A stretch of DNA of 62,073 bases, counting the filler, from Choristocarpus tenellus KU-1152 (lineage: Eukaryota > Protista > Phaeophyceae), in NCBI GenBank assembly GCA_964200185.2. It is 12 parts of 12 records of this genome, joined end to end, with 100 filler letters (N's around TTAATTAATTAA, not from the genome) between each part and the next. Parts side by side here need not be neighbours in the genome. Positions count along the whole stretch, not along the records: positions 36,475 to 40,243 come from CAXNAD020018028.1; positions 40,344 to 44,826 come from CAXNAD020014351.1; positions 44,927 to 51,426 come from CAXNAD020007994.1; 9 more parts are not named here. One strand, written 5' to 3'. How positions within the stretch are numbered: position 1 is the first letter of the stretch; every line of letters starts with the position of its first letter. Positions 37,152 to 50,760 of the stretch are shown in pieces. The translations under genes and the position numbers were made by a program. The notes below the pieces were generated by a model that had not been told where the DNA came from, made no database searches, and was given only the letters and a program-made list of their open reading frames with translations.

Positions 37152-40145
37152 CAATATCTCCCCAGCCCTCACCGCCGCCGCCGCCGCCGCCGCCACTTCC
37201 TCCAACGCCTTCACCCCCAATAGAACTCCCAAACCCTGCAGATGGTAACAGGGGCGATGAGACAGCAGCATCAGAGGGAAGCGGAGTCACCCCCACTTGT
37301 TCTGCGGAGGATTCCGCCTGGACTTTCATTTTCATCACGGTCGAAGGATCCATCTCCAGCTCCGTAGCCAACCCCGTAGCATTCCCCCCTCCCCCCGCTT
37401 CCGGGTGGCACCCCTTCCCTTCAAGCGCTCTTGGCGAAAAGCACACAAGGAGAGGGGGAATGTTTCAACAAGGATGAGATCGGGTTTTACACATGAGGTG
37501 GAAGGGAATTGCATTTGGCGTTGTAAGGTCATTCCCCAGTATGGTCACCCACCCCGTGAAAGAAAAACAAAAAAAAAACAAACAAGAATTGAAATCGAAA
37601 ACTGAAATCACCTACACATCCACCATACACATCCCTTGAATACATTATACACTTCCCCAACTGCAACATAACCAATTAACCCTAACCCTATCCCTAACCC
37701 CAGAACCGGATGTATGGAAACAGGCGCTAATTAGGGTTTACGGGCTCGCGTATGGTGAGTGAGGTCAACATCTGGGCCGGCGAAAAGCGGTATTCAGTGC
37801 TGGAACGATCAACCACTTGTTGGTGGTGCTACAGAGCTAATCGATCATTATCTGTACACGTTCCAGGGCATCAGAGAGGAACACTCCATACCATTTCCCA
37901 CCTCAAGTCCCTCAAAACAAACCCTAACCCTAACCCTTGCACTTAACCCTCGGTCTGATGTTATAACAGACTCCAACACCAACCCTTACCTTTACCTTGG
38001 CCTCATCTGTAACCCCAAGCTCATCCTTAACCCTAAGCCTCACCTTACACCATACTCCAACACCAACCCTAACCCTAACCCTAACCTTACACCATACTCC
38101 AATGGCAACCCTAATCACACCCCTAAACCTGAACCTAACCTTACACCATACTCCAAAGCCAACCCTAACCCTAACCTTGATCCCATCTGTAACCCTAACC
38201 CTAACCCTAACCCTAGAACATACTCCAATGCCAACCCTAACCCTAACCTCAATCCCATCTGTAACCCTAACCCTACCTCTCAAAACCTGGAGGCTAGCCC
38301 AAAACTCTAACCCTAACGCTGATCTTGAAGTCAGCCCTAACCCTAACCCTAACCCTAATTACTAAACGCGATTCCAACCATGACCCCCTTCTCTCGTAGA
38401 ACAACCACCACCAGCATGCAAGTACTTCGACAGCAATCCGACTGCGTCCTTGACCTTGATTCCCCTGGTTCTTTTTTCTTACTGACAAAAAGAGAAGCAA
38501 CGCCTTTCATCTAACAAAACCAACGATACACCGTTCAAACGACAGCAGCAACTACGCTCCAATACAATCAAGAGATCCTAACTTATTCATTCATTCATTC
38601 ATATATTTCCTCATGTTGGGTTAAAAAGGAGGCGTTTTCATCACAGGCAATATATATATATATATATATATAGCCCAAATTTGAACTGAGGCCTACGAGG
38701 GCTCTCGGGCAAGAGGATGTTTTCTTGTCACCACAGTGATACACGCCAGAATGAATCTTTCCATCCTCTCAAAGCGAGACCACTCCACAGCAACAAGGGC
38801 CACCCGGTGTCTACCAAGGGGCAAAAGCTCCTCCAGGTCACCAGCAGCCTGTATTCATCCATCCATCAAACTGCCCATCATAGCCTTGCCTTCTTGCTTG
38901 CCTTTTGTCAGCAATTATGTACCCGAAAACTCTCAGACAGCGGGACCTGGGACGAGACTTACACAAGGTTTTCATGCAGAATGGATGGCGGTAATCTGTA
39001 CTCATCACCACAGCAAGTCAGCTAGTGCAGCCCTCGGGAAACGCTCAAAGACCTCTCCAAGCTGTCCTCACACCGGCAATACCACTCCCTCACCTGACCC
39101 AGCTCCGCAAGTGTGCGGCACCTTCACCCACTCACACGCTTTGATGCTCCAACAAAGAGGCAATGGCCTTTTATGTTCGCCGCCAAACAACTCTGCAAGT
39201 TGACAATGACCTCAGCCAGGACTTCCATTCTGCTGCCAATGAGCACCTCACCTACAACAACCCTCTCCAGTTTAGTGACCGCCTTCCATCCCTATAGATA
39301 GCACAGCAATCACTTCATATTGACGTTTCTACTATCACACTTCTACGGGAGACAGAGGTAAGTCAAGGACCCAGTAAAACTACGTAAGAGTATGCACACA
39401 AGTGCCACTACTTCAGGAACAATCTCGGAAAATTCCTCCCCTACCTTCTGCCAGCCCCCCCACCACTCAGTTCCCTTACCCATCCCCAACACACAAATCA
39501 AGTATCCAGACAATCACATAAGATTGTGCACACAACTGCCGATACTTCAGTAAAAACCTTGAAAAAATCCTCCCCTGCCCTCTACCAAACCCCCCACCAC
39601 TCAGTTCCCTTACCCATCCCCAGAAGTTTCAATGCCCTCCTTCTCATCAGGGGCATTTTTCTTCTGAGTTTTCCTCTCCCTCCGCAACCTACCGCCTTCC
39701 ACCCTTTGCTCCACCCTACTCCCTGCCACCAAACCCGCTACCGTAGCCGCTCCAGTAGTACCTCCCATAGTCGCTCCCATAGCTGCTACCATAGCAGCAT
39801 CCCCGTCCTCCTCTCTGGCAGGCACGTCATGTGTCACACCCAAGGCAAACCCCTGAGGTAAAAAAAAAACACATCAATACAAGAAGAGGAAACCAATGTA
39901 GGACCTCTTAAGTTTTCATGTTTGGGATTTAGAAGGTGCCAAAGGTAGAAAATAAGATCAGTCACAGTATTAAAGTTACAAAAAACTTAAAAAAAATATA
40001 TAACCTTACCTCGCGGAGTACTTCCCCTCCATCTGGTGGTGGATAGAATGATGACTCTTGCCCCCCAACCCCACCAACGGTCACACCCGACAGCGACTCC
40101 TCCTCTCCTGAAAAATCTTCCTTGTCATATACACCCGCATCCCCT
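37152..40145 (-). CDS. Internal exons of a Gly/Glu-rich low-complexity hypothetical protein
   Basis: Exons 40145-40010, 39852-39614 and 37429-37152; GT-AG with compatible phases and open frames. Confidence 0.65.
37915..38360. repeat. Interstitial degenerate (CCCTAA)n telomere-like array with higher-order units
   Basis: AACCCT runs interleaved with CTTACACCATACTCCAA and ATCCCATCTGT modules. Confidence 0.85.
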
Positions 40146-40209
40146 CTGCATGCAGAGAGGGGGGGGAAGGGGGGGGGGGGGGGGGGGGTGGAAAAAAAAA
40201 AAAAATTAA

Positions 40210-40243
<34 letters not shown>

Positions 40244-42548
40244 NNNNNNNNNNNNNNNNNNNNNNNNNNNNNNNNNNNNNNNNNNNNTTAATTAATTAAN
40301 NNNNNNNNNNNNNNNNNNNNNNNNNNNNNNNNNNNNNNNNNNNGGGTAGGGCACATGGTGAGGGGCAGGGCAGGGAGGGCAAAGAGGCATTGGGGTGGCT
40401 GCTATGTATCCTTCACCAGTTCACCACGACAGATAGCTCCAACCATGAAGTTTAAACGTTTTTCCTTTGTTTCTGGCTTCACAGGGCAATGCATGAGTGG
40501 GGTTATGGTGAGGGACGATACCGAGACACTCAAGTACCTGGTGAACGTTGTCCTTGAACTTGGGCCCGGTGCTAATAGCGAAACGTTTTTCAGGCAATCG
40601 TAGACACAGGATAACAAGATGGTCAAATCAGATAAGTTCAAATAAAAGAAACGAGGCCCCTCCCCTGGTCAGAAGCGCCAAAGGAAGTCGAAATAAATAT
40701 TTCTCGCAGCAAAAGCCAAGGACTTTTCACCAATGAGAAACCTCGCTTCACCTACGACTTTCAACCAATGACAAGTCTCGCTTCGCATACAACCTCTGTG
40801 ATCGGTCTTTACCTTGTCGCCATATAATCTACAATCAACTGCAAGCTTTTTCCCCCACTCACTGCAGGCCTGCCGATGGACAGGCTCCACTATCTGCCCC
40901 TAATCACACACTACAAAAACAAGAATCACAGGTTGACACAAGACCAAAAACAGCAATCCGATTGGACAACATTATCGATAGGTTGCTGCCGACTGATTCA
41001 TCTTCTTCTTTTTTCCAGTTTTGTTTCGTATTGTAGCCTCTCCAACAGCATTGATGATAAATCACCAGGACAATATACTTCGCAACAAGACGTGCTGGTG
41101 TGAAAATGCTTCATAGGCTCTTAGAGGGGACCCACCCTCTACCTTTGCAAGAACGTCTTGTGTTGAATGGAGGAAAAGCTTCCAGCAATTAGTGACAATT
41201 CAAGAACAAGCTAACCAAGTTGGGGTATAAATAAAATCAGCCTTCTCATCGGCCAGCTCTTCGTCACCGTTGCCAAAATAGCTAACAGAAACAACCAGCT
41301 TGAGCACTTAAGCAAGGACAATTGATGGCAACAGCCTCTTGATTTGGCTATCTCTTCATCATGCTTTTATGCATTCATTACCAGATCTCTCTCCACTAAG
41401 ATTGGGCCTTAGAGGAGCTAGTCGGAGGAAATTGGCAACAGAAAGAAGCACTTGAAAAGGTCTTAACAGCTAATATCAAAATAAGACATTGAGAGGGGGG
41501 AGGGATACAGATACATAATTTGTGGCTTATTGCTTGCCAACATAGTTGCTGAATGTACTTGCATGCACAACTACTAGAGTGCAGCAAGTGCACGTGGACA
41601 GGCCTGGGAAAATGGCACAGGAATCCTCTTGCAAAGGAAAGTGTCAAGCGTTACAAAGAAGATGACCCCAATAGCCCAGTCAACTTGGTGCCATTGAGAG
41701 TGAGTAGCAAAGTACTCTTAGCACATTTCAGGGCAGGAGTATTCTGTCTTCGAGCGGCAAGACTCACAAGCAAAAACACGCGGAAAACTTGACAGATCTC
41801 TGTGACTCCCAATCAACAAAGATAGGAGTTACAATATGCTCTTCTGCAATGGAACTCATGGGAAACTTTAGCTGTTGTCCTAGAGCCACTCCTGATCGGC
41901 AACACATTTAAAGGATTCCCATCATATAACATCCATAAGTTAAAGGGGTTCGAAAAATAGTCATACACAGTAGCTGCCACACCAAGTACATGGAAACAAG
42001 AATGATACAATATCCTTGCTGAACAACCAGTCACGCGATAGACTGATAGATTCTGAAAAAAAATGACATGTACACCTGGAAAAAGGGAAATTCAAGGCCA
42101 TCAAATGAACCACAACTTCCTTGAGCTTACATTGAATGTTCAATGCAAAAGTATGATCTATGACGCCATTCCCTACTACCCACTACCTTTGTGTTGATTT
42201 TAAGACGTAGGCAACCAGCATCATCTCAATTGATAAATAATAGTGCATCAGGTTGATCTCCTAGTTATACACCTTTAACGAAAACACGCATGAAAAAGAA
42301 ACGTACCGAAGCTGAGGAATCAGAGTCACTTCCCTCCAAAACACTCCCAAACCTGCTATGAGAAAGTCTTCAACATTTCCAGCATCAATAACTGGGGCAG
42401 GACAACACAAATAAGATTTTCCCTGTGACACACCTCCCCAAGGTCTAGCATGTACCCCTTTTTAAAGGTTGAGTCAAAATGAGACCATCTGCTCACCAAT
42501 CTCTGACACACCAGTCTATGATATGAACATAAGTACCTTATTACTCAC

Positions 42549-43520
42549 ATCTACATTGTCACTGTTGCGTGGGAAGCCATCAATGAGGAAACGAGACCGG
42601 GGTGGGCAAGCCAACATGGCACGCCTCAGTAGACCCAGTGATACTGCCACCGGTACAATCTTCCCTTCTTTGATATATTCATCAATGAGCACACCATCCT
42701 CAGACCCACTCTCACGCTCCTTCCGCAGCAAATCTCCCGCAGAGAGGTGCACATAGCTAGAGAGTTTTTTGCAGCAGGAAAGACCGAGAGGAGGGATGGA
42801 GGGTAGGGAGTAGAAAGAGGAGCAATGAAGCAAAGGAGAGTACACATGGGTAGTGAGCGAAGGATGGAACAAAGTTCAGTCGTTCTGAATGAAGGAATTG
42901 GTGCATTGTTCAAACAAAGCACAATATACTATAGATTTACTCTTGTTTCTGGACAAGAGTGTTGTTGAAAATTAATTGAAGTAACCTCGATATCTCTTAC
43001 AGTATCAACCGCTCGTGTGTGTCTATGTCAACTTACTCTAATACCTGCTCAAGTATCAAGTGCATTAGGAAAGGAGGTCAAACTCCAAGGCGTTGTGCAG
43101 AAAGTCACACACAATACACATGGAAAAAAGAGAGGAATCATGTGATCTGATCAACTGTGAGGACACTCGAAGAGGAACCAGCCACGCTGACCACACATTC
43201 AGACAAAAGAAAATTTCTTTGCTCAAGATTGCGTGCTCTCACCCATACGTTTTCGCAAGTCGCTCGCTCTGAGTGCCTTTTCCGGAGCCAGGTCCACCCA
43301 AGACGAAGATAACTGGCCGCTTGACGGGTGCAGTATTTGCGCCTCCAAGGTCCGCCACTGGTGCCGATAGTGACGCTGCGGACCAAATTTTGGTAGCTGG
43401 TAGACCTCTTGCTTCTGTTGAGGTCATTCGCGCTGCGAAAAGTGCCGCCGCAAGAAACGCCGTACCCATGCGCGAAAGTCCAAGCAGTGATGCATCTGTC
43501 CTTGACCATCCGGTCCTCAT
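42549..43520 (-). CDS. CMPK1: UMP-CMP kinase (adenylate kinase family), 5' two exons, with N-terminal extension
   Basis: [24 protein letters not shown] (exon ending 43243) splices to [14 protein letters not shown]...[13 protein letters not shown]...FLIDGFPRN (42756-42549). Start uncertain (ATG 43520 or 43469); remaining exons not found in this contig. Confidence 0.93.
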
Positions 43521-44717
43521 GGCTAACGGGCTTATCTTTCCCCTGCAAGGACTAGACCGGGCCTCAATAAGCCGACAGCCTTCCCTAAATCTTTTTGGAG
43601 AATCGATCCGTACAGCCCTTGCCCAAGTATGTCCATACTGTGCAAGGTATTGGGGCTTGAGAACTGAGTGAACGGCCAAAGAAGACCTGTGGTTTGAGAT
43701 GGCTCATTCTGTGGGAGTTCGAATGGGGAACGAGGAGATTCCCACAACATAATGGTACCCCATCCATAAATCATCATTGACATGAACGACCCCAGGGAAG
43801 GTAACAGGTCGCATGCAAAGGGTATTGATGTTGAGGACATCCAATATTGTTACACATGAGCGAAATATCGATCTCTAAAATAAGCGTAAGTCGCTTCATA
43901 GAGAGGGAAGGAAAAACTCACACTTTACCCATGACGCTCAAAGAAAGCACAGCCCCGAGGAACGAGTGCATCTGCGCGATGTGTTCGTGCCGGCCACAGC
44001 CGTGCCCAAGATATTTTGTACTCTTATCAACCTCCACGGGATTTCAATGGTCCAGGGAGGCCTGATACAGCAAACGGTTACATACTATAGTAAACAGTAT
44101 ATATACTACTTCGTAGAGCTTATCCCTTACACAAAAACAATCTTTTTCAACAAATCATTTCAATGTTTGAGGGATAAATTCAAACAAAAATTATAGGTCC
44201 ACGACACATACTTTCCAAAAGTAGTTGGAGTTTATCATTTACAACTTCGTACATTCAAAATGTATAAAGCTTCCATTACCTCATAAACCAAGGAAAGACA
44301 AGAAAGCAACAATTGCATTGTGCACTCGACAGGTAGGTGAATAGTTATGTACCTTCTACAACACTAGAACGTCATCAAGCAGTTCATCTGTCTGACTTCT
44401 TACACTGCTTAATTTGTTGCTGTTTCGAAAGACGCACACAATAATAAGAACTAACTGTGAGACAGACCCATCACTCAGTCCGTAAACGTGTTCTCCAAGA
44501 CTCACTTACCAATCAAATACATACTATACTACATACTACTACTACTGTAGTGGTATCAGTAGGTTCGCTCTCTGGGGTTGTCCCGTCATACCTTTAGATG
44601 ATGTAGATAGTGGATTAAAAAATTAAAAAGCATATTCGTGATGCCCATCACAATGCCCTCCAGAGTACGGGCTTCGTTTTTTTATTTTTCGCCATTTTTT
44701 CATTTTTTGAAGAAAGA

Positions 44718-44801
44718 GCGCTCATATTGGGGTTCGAACCCTGGATTGTAGGTCACCAAGAGTGGCAACAGATGCACTATTACTTGATTAAAGTATAGAG
44801 T
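44718..44801 (-). pseudogene. Degenerate tRNA-like sequence (possible SINE head)
   Basis: B-box GGGTTCGAACCC; weak A-box TTTAATCAAGTAAT; partial acceptor-stem pairing; no proper anticodon arm. Confidence 0.35.
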
Positions 44802-45439
44802 TAAAAAAAAAAAAAAGCCTCCCCACNNNNNNNNNNNNNNNNNNNNNNNNNNNNNNNNNNNNNNNNNNNNTTAATTAATTAANNNNNNNNNNNNNNNNNN
44901 NNNNNNNNNNNNNNNNNNNNNNNNNNCCTGTTATTAAGAAGGCACACCAACTCAAGGGACTTTCTTGCTTCCTGCTAATGCTTCCTACCGTTGAGACCCC
45001 TCAAGACATGTGCAATGACCATCAATGATGTCCTATATGACAAGGGACTTCAGAAATTGGGATAACCAAACGCATCACCTGAACCCCCCCAAAAAGTCAC
45101 CTGGTCAGTACAAATATATTATATAGAGATCTATACATACTCCCTGTTGTAAGTCTGCGACCTTACGAATTTTCCCTTTTTGGTTTGACCTTTTCTTCAC
45201 AAATACGAAGATTTTTTCTGTGATGTACGACTCAAGTTGAACCTCTGGATACAATTTTTCGGAAAGTATTTTTATTTTCGCATTTTGTTCCGAAATAGTT
45301 CTGAATCTGTTCCGAGAAGTGGAACCGAGAAAAAATCCTTTTCACCCCTGTTCTCAGTAACTGCATTGCATTTGCTGGTACGTACGCCCCCCATAGTCAC
45401 ACAATATCTCACCGCTTCGCCAAGAGCCATGCGACTCTC

Positions 45440-46310
45440 GCTTAGCCACCATCTGCCACGCGAGTCTGGTACCCAACCAGCAAGGAACCGAATCAATTAC
45501 AGAATCGGGCTCAACACGATTCATGTTGAAGAAGCATGTTTGTACGTCATCCAGGACGGGGAGTGAAAGAAAGGTTGGGCTCCATCAAGGTACAGCACAA
45601 GAGTCGCATGACTAAGGTGATGTTCATCTAGGCAGTTTCGCGCCCAGATCCTTTTCGCGATTTCGACGGCAAGATCGGAATCTTGCGTGTTTGCGTCATT
45701 TAGCAGGCGCAGAGAAATTCAGTCCACGGGAGGGGACAGCAGTACGACTTCGATATGACCATCGATGCCGAGTGGTACCGGGAGTGGTACATGGAGACTT
45801 TTCTCCCCGCATTGAACTAAACAATGCTCTGGTTGGGGTGTGAGGAGGTAGTCGCGCAGCAGCAGGACGGAGGGACCCCCCATACGAGGAAAGATACACC
45901 AAAGAAACTCAACGAAGTCGGGATGGAGGGGGAGTGGAACGTCAAGCTTGTAACGCAGTCTGTGCAGTCACGTGACCTCAATATTAATGATTTGAGGTTC
46001 TTTGCATCCCTAAATAGTAGAGTTTAGAGGGTGCGTTGCAGCACAATAGAAAGCCTTGTGAAGGGGGTAAGGATGACGTACGGCGGGTACGGCACAACTA
46101 CTTTATAGATGGTATGGCAGAGCTTTAAGCGGTACAATCAACTTTTGAAGGCGCTGGGGGGTAATAATTTCGAGGTACAGCACACAGGAACTAAGAAAAG
46201 GCAGAGAGAGAGAAGTCTGCCAAAATCGGTCAGAATCGACAGAGGGGTTACTGACACGCCGGTGGATTGGTGGATGGATGGGCACGAGGGAGCGACGAAT
46301 CTTTTTTCGT
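45440..46310 (+). mobile_element. Degenerate Tc1/mariner transposase of the DD39D (plant/stramenopile)-like group
   Basis: IHVEEACLY (cf. HVDEKWFY), KSRMTKVMF..AVSRP..FDGKIGI, QQDGGTPH-...-QSRDLNINDLRFFASL (D-x40-D here), ALGGNNFEVQH. Confidence 0.88.
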
Positions 46311-47493
46311 AAGAAACATCAAGGAATCCAACATACTAAACCGTTTTTTCATTTGAGGTCATCTCGAGAAGTTACACCCTTAACGTAGAAGACTTGTGGG
46401 ACAAAGGGAGCATATGGAATGTTCAAGTGCGGGACTTTCTAACTGATTTATTTTTTCAACGATGACTGCCTTGCTGGGTATATTTGACACCAGTTGTTGT
46501 GATACACATGGAATCCATTATTGAAAATAAGAACTCTGGGGTAACATACTCTCACTAATATTATCAATACTATTTGTAGTAATGATGACATGGAAGACTT
46601 GTGTAACACAACAAACAGTCCTGGTGACACCACTCTCACCGTGAGCTCACACTTTAGTGGAAACACGAGCCATTTGTACTTTCCCTGTACATAGATCCGT
46701 ATTTACTTCCAACTCTAGAGTCCCTCCCTCAGAGTCCTCCACATCTCTAAAAAGGCACATTGGGCCCTTCCTCCTAGTTCCCAGAGACTCTTCTACATGC
46801 CCATCCACATGTACAGGGAAAGCTTCAAAACAAAACTACTCCCAAAAAGTATGAGTACAAATTTAAACTCCTCATCCGTCTAGCATACGTCTTCGTTCCT
46901 CTTGCAAGAACAACACCAAGCTGAAACAACTCCTTGACACATCACGGATACACACAAAACTACTCCAAAGGAATGTCGCTCAATATGCTTCTGGATTGCT
47001 TTCCGTCAGCAACACCTCATTCTGACAATATTCTCAGAACATTTTATCCTTTGTATTCCTCTGAGAGGGAGTTCTCACCAAAGTATTGACATTTGTATAA
47101 CAGTACCCTCACCACAACCAAGATCAAACTGAAAACACCATACCAATGGACAGTGACAGATACCATCCCAAATTCCATGTTAGTTTGTTTGCCGCGTCCT
47201 CTAGAGCACTCTCTCCAAGTACTACAGGCAAATCGTAAAACATCCTGACACAACAATATCTCAATACGCTCAAAGTATCCCTCAACCAACTTGATACATC
47301 CATCTGTCTTTCTCTTTCCTGCAAATGACCTGTAACCGTGATCCCAGCAGTCCCTGCCCAACATACTTCAAATTAAAAGTACAACACAGTATGCCACCCC
47401 CCCCCCCAAGAAATAGCAAACAAGTGCATCGAAGGTGGGGCCTCGCCCCCCCCCTCCCCCCCCTCCCCCCTCTTTCCCCTGGCCCCACAGAAA

Positions 47494-50400
47494 TCAGTCC
47501 TGTTTTACAGCATCTGCCGCTGCTCCCACAGGTTTAACCCCTTTTCTTGGTGGCAATGAATCGAGCCATTTGGTAGGGTGTTGGTTAAACCATGGCCAGT
47601 CGGGCACCACAAGCTGATTTTGATAGGGTGGAAGGAAATGAGGTTGGGTGGGGTCAGGCTGGGAGTTGGGCAATGGGGTTGAGATGAGTGAAGTCCATGT
47701 GCGGGGGTCACCAAGGGCAATGGTTGAGGAGATACTGGGCTTCATTCTCTAGAGCAGCATGTGGTCAATTCAATCATGTATAGGCAAAGGAAGGGTATGT
47801 GGCATGGGGGTCAAGAGGTACAAGAAAGACTTAGTCAAGTGAAGCACTCCAGAGGAATCTCATGTTTGAATTAGTTAGGGTCAGTGATAGGGTTAGTCCT
47901 ACTCCTATTGCAAGAAGAATATTAGACTGGGTGGTTTATCTAACTCGAACGAAATATCACTGTATTGCCTGTGGTACACTTTTCTACTGCATGCTAAAAA
48001 GTATGCTGCAATCTCACTCACCACCCACACATTGCTTCCAGCACCAATCTTTCGCAAAATTTGCACTACAAATGCCACAAAAAAAGTGTATGCAGTTGAC
48101 AGAACAAGGTATAGAAGAAAGACAAGGCTGCTGTGGCACTGCACTCCACACAAACCTGTGTAGTTACCAAGCTCTCACAAAATTAAGCACTCAAGCACGT
48201 ACAAGAGGTTCTTCATACAACATACACTTTGGACTAAACAGTTGTAGCCTGGAACTATGGACAAGAAGGGCGTTTGAATAGGATGGAGGTAAAAGGGGGG
48301 AGGGGGGTGTTATGGTCTATTGGTATTGCAGTTATGAATACCTGCCCCAGCAAGACACACAACAAACTCACCAAGATTGAAATACCAACCCCAGCAGCCC
48401 AGCCCATAACAGTGAGCTTGAAGTCCCCGTAGATAAATCCCACCACCCACCCAATTGCCTGCAAGGCAAAATCAGGTGATGAATGTGTCAAACCCGGTGG
48501 AGGAAGGTGAGAGGAGTTTGAAAACAAAAATGGAAGAAAGACATAATGCTTGTGGAGAGTCAGGTTCACAATTCTACTCATCCATAACTTGAGCAATAGA
48601 TGTATACACAAGACAACCCGAGCAAAGCTCTTACTTGACACAGACAGGGTAAGAAACGTGTTGACCTACTATGTTGCTTAGTACTACGATTTTGTTTAGT
48701 ACTCAAGCTTTCTAAAATACTATCAAAGGAAGAAATGTGAAATCCATTCCATGAGTACAGATGCAGTAGCAGCAGAGCATGAGCAGAAGGATAGACAGAA
48801 TATTTGGCTACAGAGCATCAGACTGCAGTACACTTAGAAATTGATTTAGAGGAAAGTTGTGCCTCAAGTGGACCTCTCACTTTCACAAAAATGCCTCCTC
48901 CAATATATTCGCTGTGTGGAGAAAAGTGCTCCTGCTCTCAACTAAAGCTAGACAGTATGTGCCCTCTGTCCTTCGCTGTACCTGTGAAAAAACTTGAGAC
49001 CACAACAGAATTCACTTATAAACCTCTGACTCACCCCCAAAATGATGATGATGTAGAAGTACAGGTTCTCGGCTAGCTTCTGCCCCTTGAAGTCCTGCAC
49101 AACACCCAAATTGGGTAGGTGGGGCAGGAGGAGTTGAAAGAACATCGTCTTGAATAACATAATTAGCAGTGATGATTCAAGATTGTGACAGAGACATCAC
49201 CCTGCAAAGGAAGGGTGTGAGCATGAGACAGGTACTGCAATGAACAAACTGTACGGTAGAGAAAAAGGTTCTAGAGCATGAGAGTACCCGCCTTGTATTG
49301 TAAGGATATCTGGGGGGCTATCTAAGCCTGAGTTTGTGAAGAAGGACCAGGCACTCTTCAAATCAACATAAGAAACTTACCCCCTAACATGACCGTACCC
49401 GCAGTTGTACAGCTGTACACCAGAAATAGTCAAGTCTATGAAAGGTTGGTGTGCGTCACCTACTTCGACTATTGACATGCCTCCTTTTCAATAATTTTAA
49501 ATACAGTGCCTGGAAAGCGGGCAACTGGTAATCGCTGTGTTGCCATCAGATCTTCACATTTAGGCGAGCATTACAGCAACGTGCTTGTCTTCTCAACTCA
49601 GTGGGTCTCTGAGGACACATTTGAAGGGATAATGCAGTATGTCTTCAGTACTACTTGGAAAAAAGACGTGATGCACTGGTTGTCATGGTGGTAGGTCATG
49701 AATCGATCGATAGGAGGTTTACATACCACCGTGTGCACTGCAAATGGTGGGGGGGAGAGTTGACATAATATATGATAAGTCGCTTGGTCCTTACTACGTA
49801 TCTGAGGGGAGGTGAACAACAAATATGACCAGTTCTTCATGGGAAGAATTATCTACATGTAGGAATAATATGGCCTATCACTTCCAGGAATTCATCACCC
49901 AGCAGTACGGGGAAGACTAACACTTTTTGGTGAAAAGTTGGCAATTTATCAGCCAGGCAAGGACAATATCCCAAGATGTGTAAGTCGGATGGCAAGGTAA
50001 GTTGATGTTACGATGCCAATTCTGGTACACTTTCAATTCCTGAAGATTGTAGATTCCTGGGGGTTGAAAAGTGTTCGTCACTCAAATGGTCTCCATTAGT
50101 GGTAGGAGCAACTACACAAATTTTCAGGCAAAGTTGTACGGTCAGGATAACTACATGGTGAGGTGCAATGCGGTGGAGCATTACCAGTGAGTTAAGGAGG
50201 TGCTGAATATAATTAGGGAGGTTGACGATAGTGCAAAGAGCTTACTGGAAGAAATGAGAGGTATCGTGTTCCAGCAGAGGGAATCCAATTTGGTCTCACG
50301 TTTGATGTGGGTGACAGTTCAAGCACAGGGATCACTTAGTTGCGCATGCCAAGTGGGCGCCAAAATCGGGATATAGTTATGGATAACATGCATCGTAAAC

Positions 50401-50520
50401 TATCTTCAGCTATTACGTCCGCTAGATAATTGCTTGGAAGTCCAGATAATAGCACCTTGATGGCCTTGAGTGAAGGCACACTGGTAATCCTAAGACGTCT
50501 CTCCGAAAACAACTCACCAT
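47494..50520 (-). CDS. SPCS1: Signal peptidase complex subunit 1 (SPC12), complete, 89 aa
   Basis: Exons ATG only (50520-50518, then GTGAGT), 49094-49035 (DFKGQKLAENLYFYIIIILG), 48458-48372 (AIGWVVGFIYGDFKLTVMGW...) and 47613-47494 (VPDWPWFNQHPTKWL...stop). The first-exon choice is inferred. Confidence 0.92.
49510..50150 (+). pseudogene. Decayed Harbinger-type (DDE_Tnp_4) transposase inside SPCS1 intron 1
   Basis: Ordered motifs: KRRDALVVMVV...DRRFTY, FFMG, SQART, KLMLRCQFW, LHKF (cf. RKGxxAxxVQAVxDxxRRF, SxARxxIE, LxxRWxIL, LHNF). Confidence 0.45.
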
Positions 50521-50760
50521 GGTTGAGAACCCTGGCACTGGGTGACGTCTTCGACTGTAGGTGTGGATTGCGTACGTTCCGTGTATTTCCTTCGCTTTCT
50601 CTCCCTCCTTGTCGGTCTAATCTGGGGTTCAGACAAGGTTTGATAGTATCCCTTTCCTGTTTTGTCCATGATAGTCAATTTATTGGGAGGCGTGTTTGGG
50701 TCATTTTGGTAGAAATCCAATTGCCACTTGGCAACATCAACATTGTACGAAAGACCTCTC
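50521..50760. promoter_or_regulatory. Putative compact bidirectional promoter (240 bp)
   Basis: Divergent ATGs at 50520 (-) and 50761 (+). Confidence 0.5.

Noticed and set aside
37759-38365. Long NP/TL/RV-repeat ORFs
   Set aside because: By-product of the hexamer telomere-like repeat inside an intron.
40400-42100. Possible hAT or other transposase relic in the kinase intron
   Set aside because: No ordered set of diagnostic motifs found.
42307-42422. AG/GT-bounded open segment as the third UMP-CMP kinase exon
   Set aside because: The translation (GKSYLCCPAP...) does not match the expected kinase continuation.
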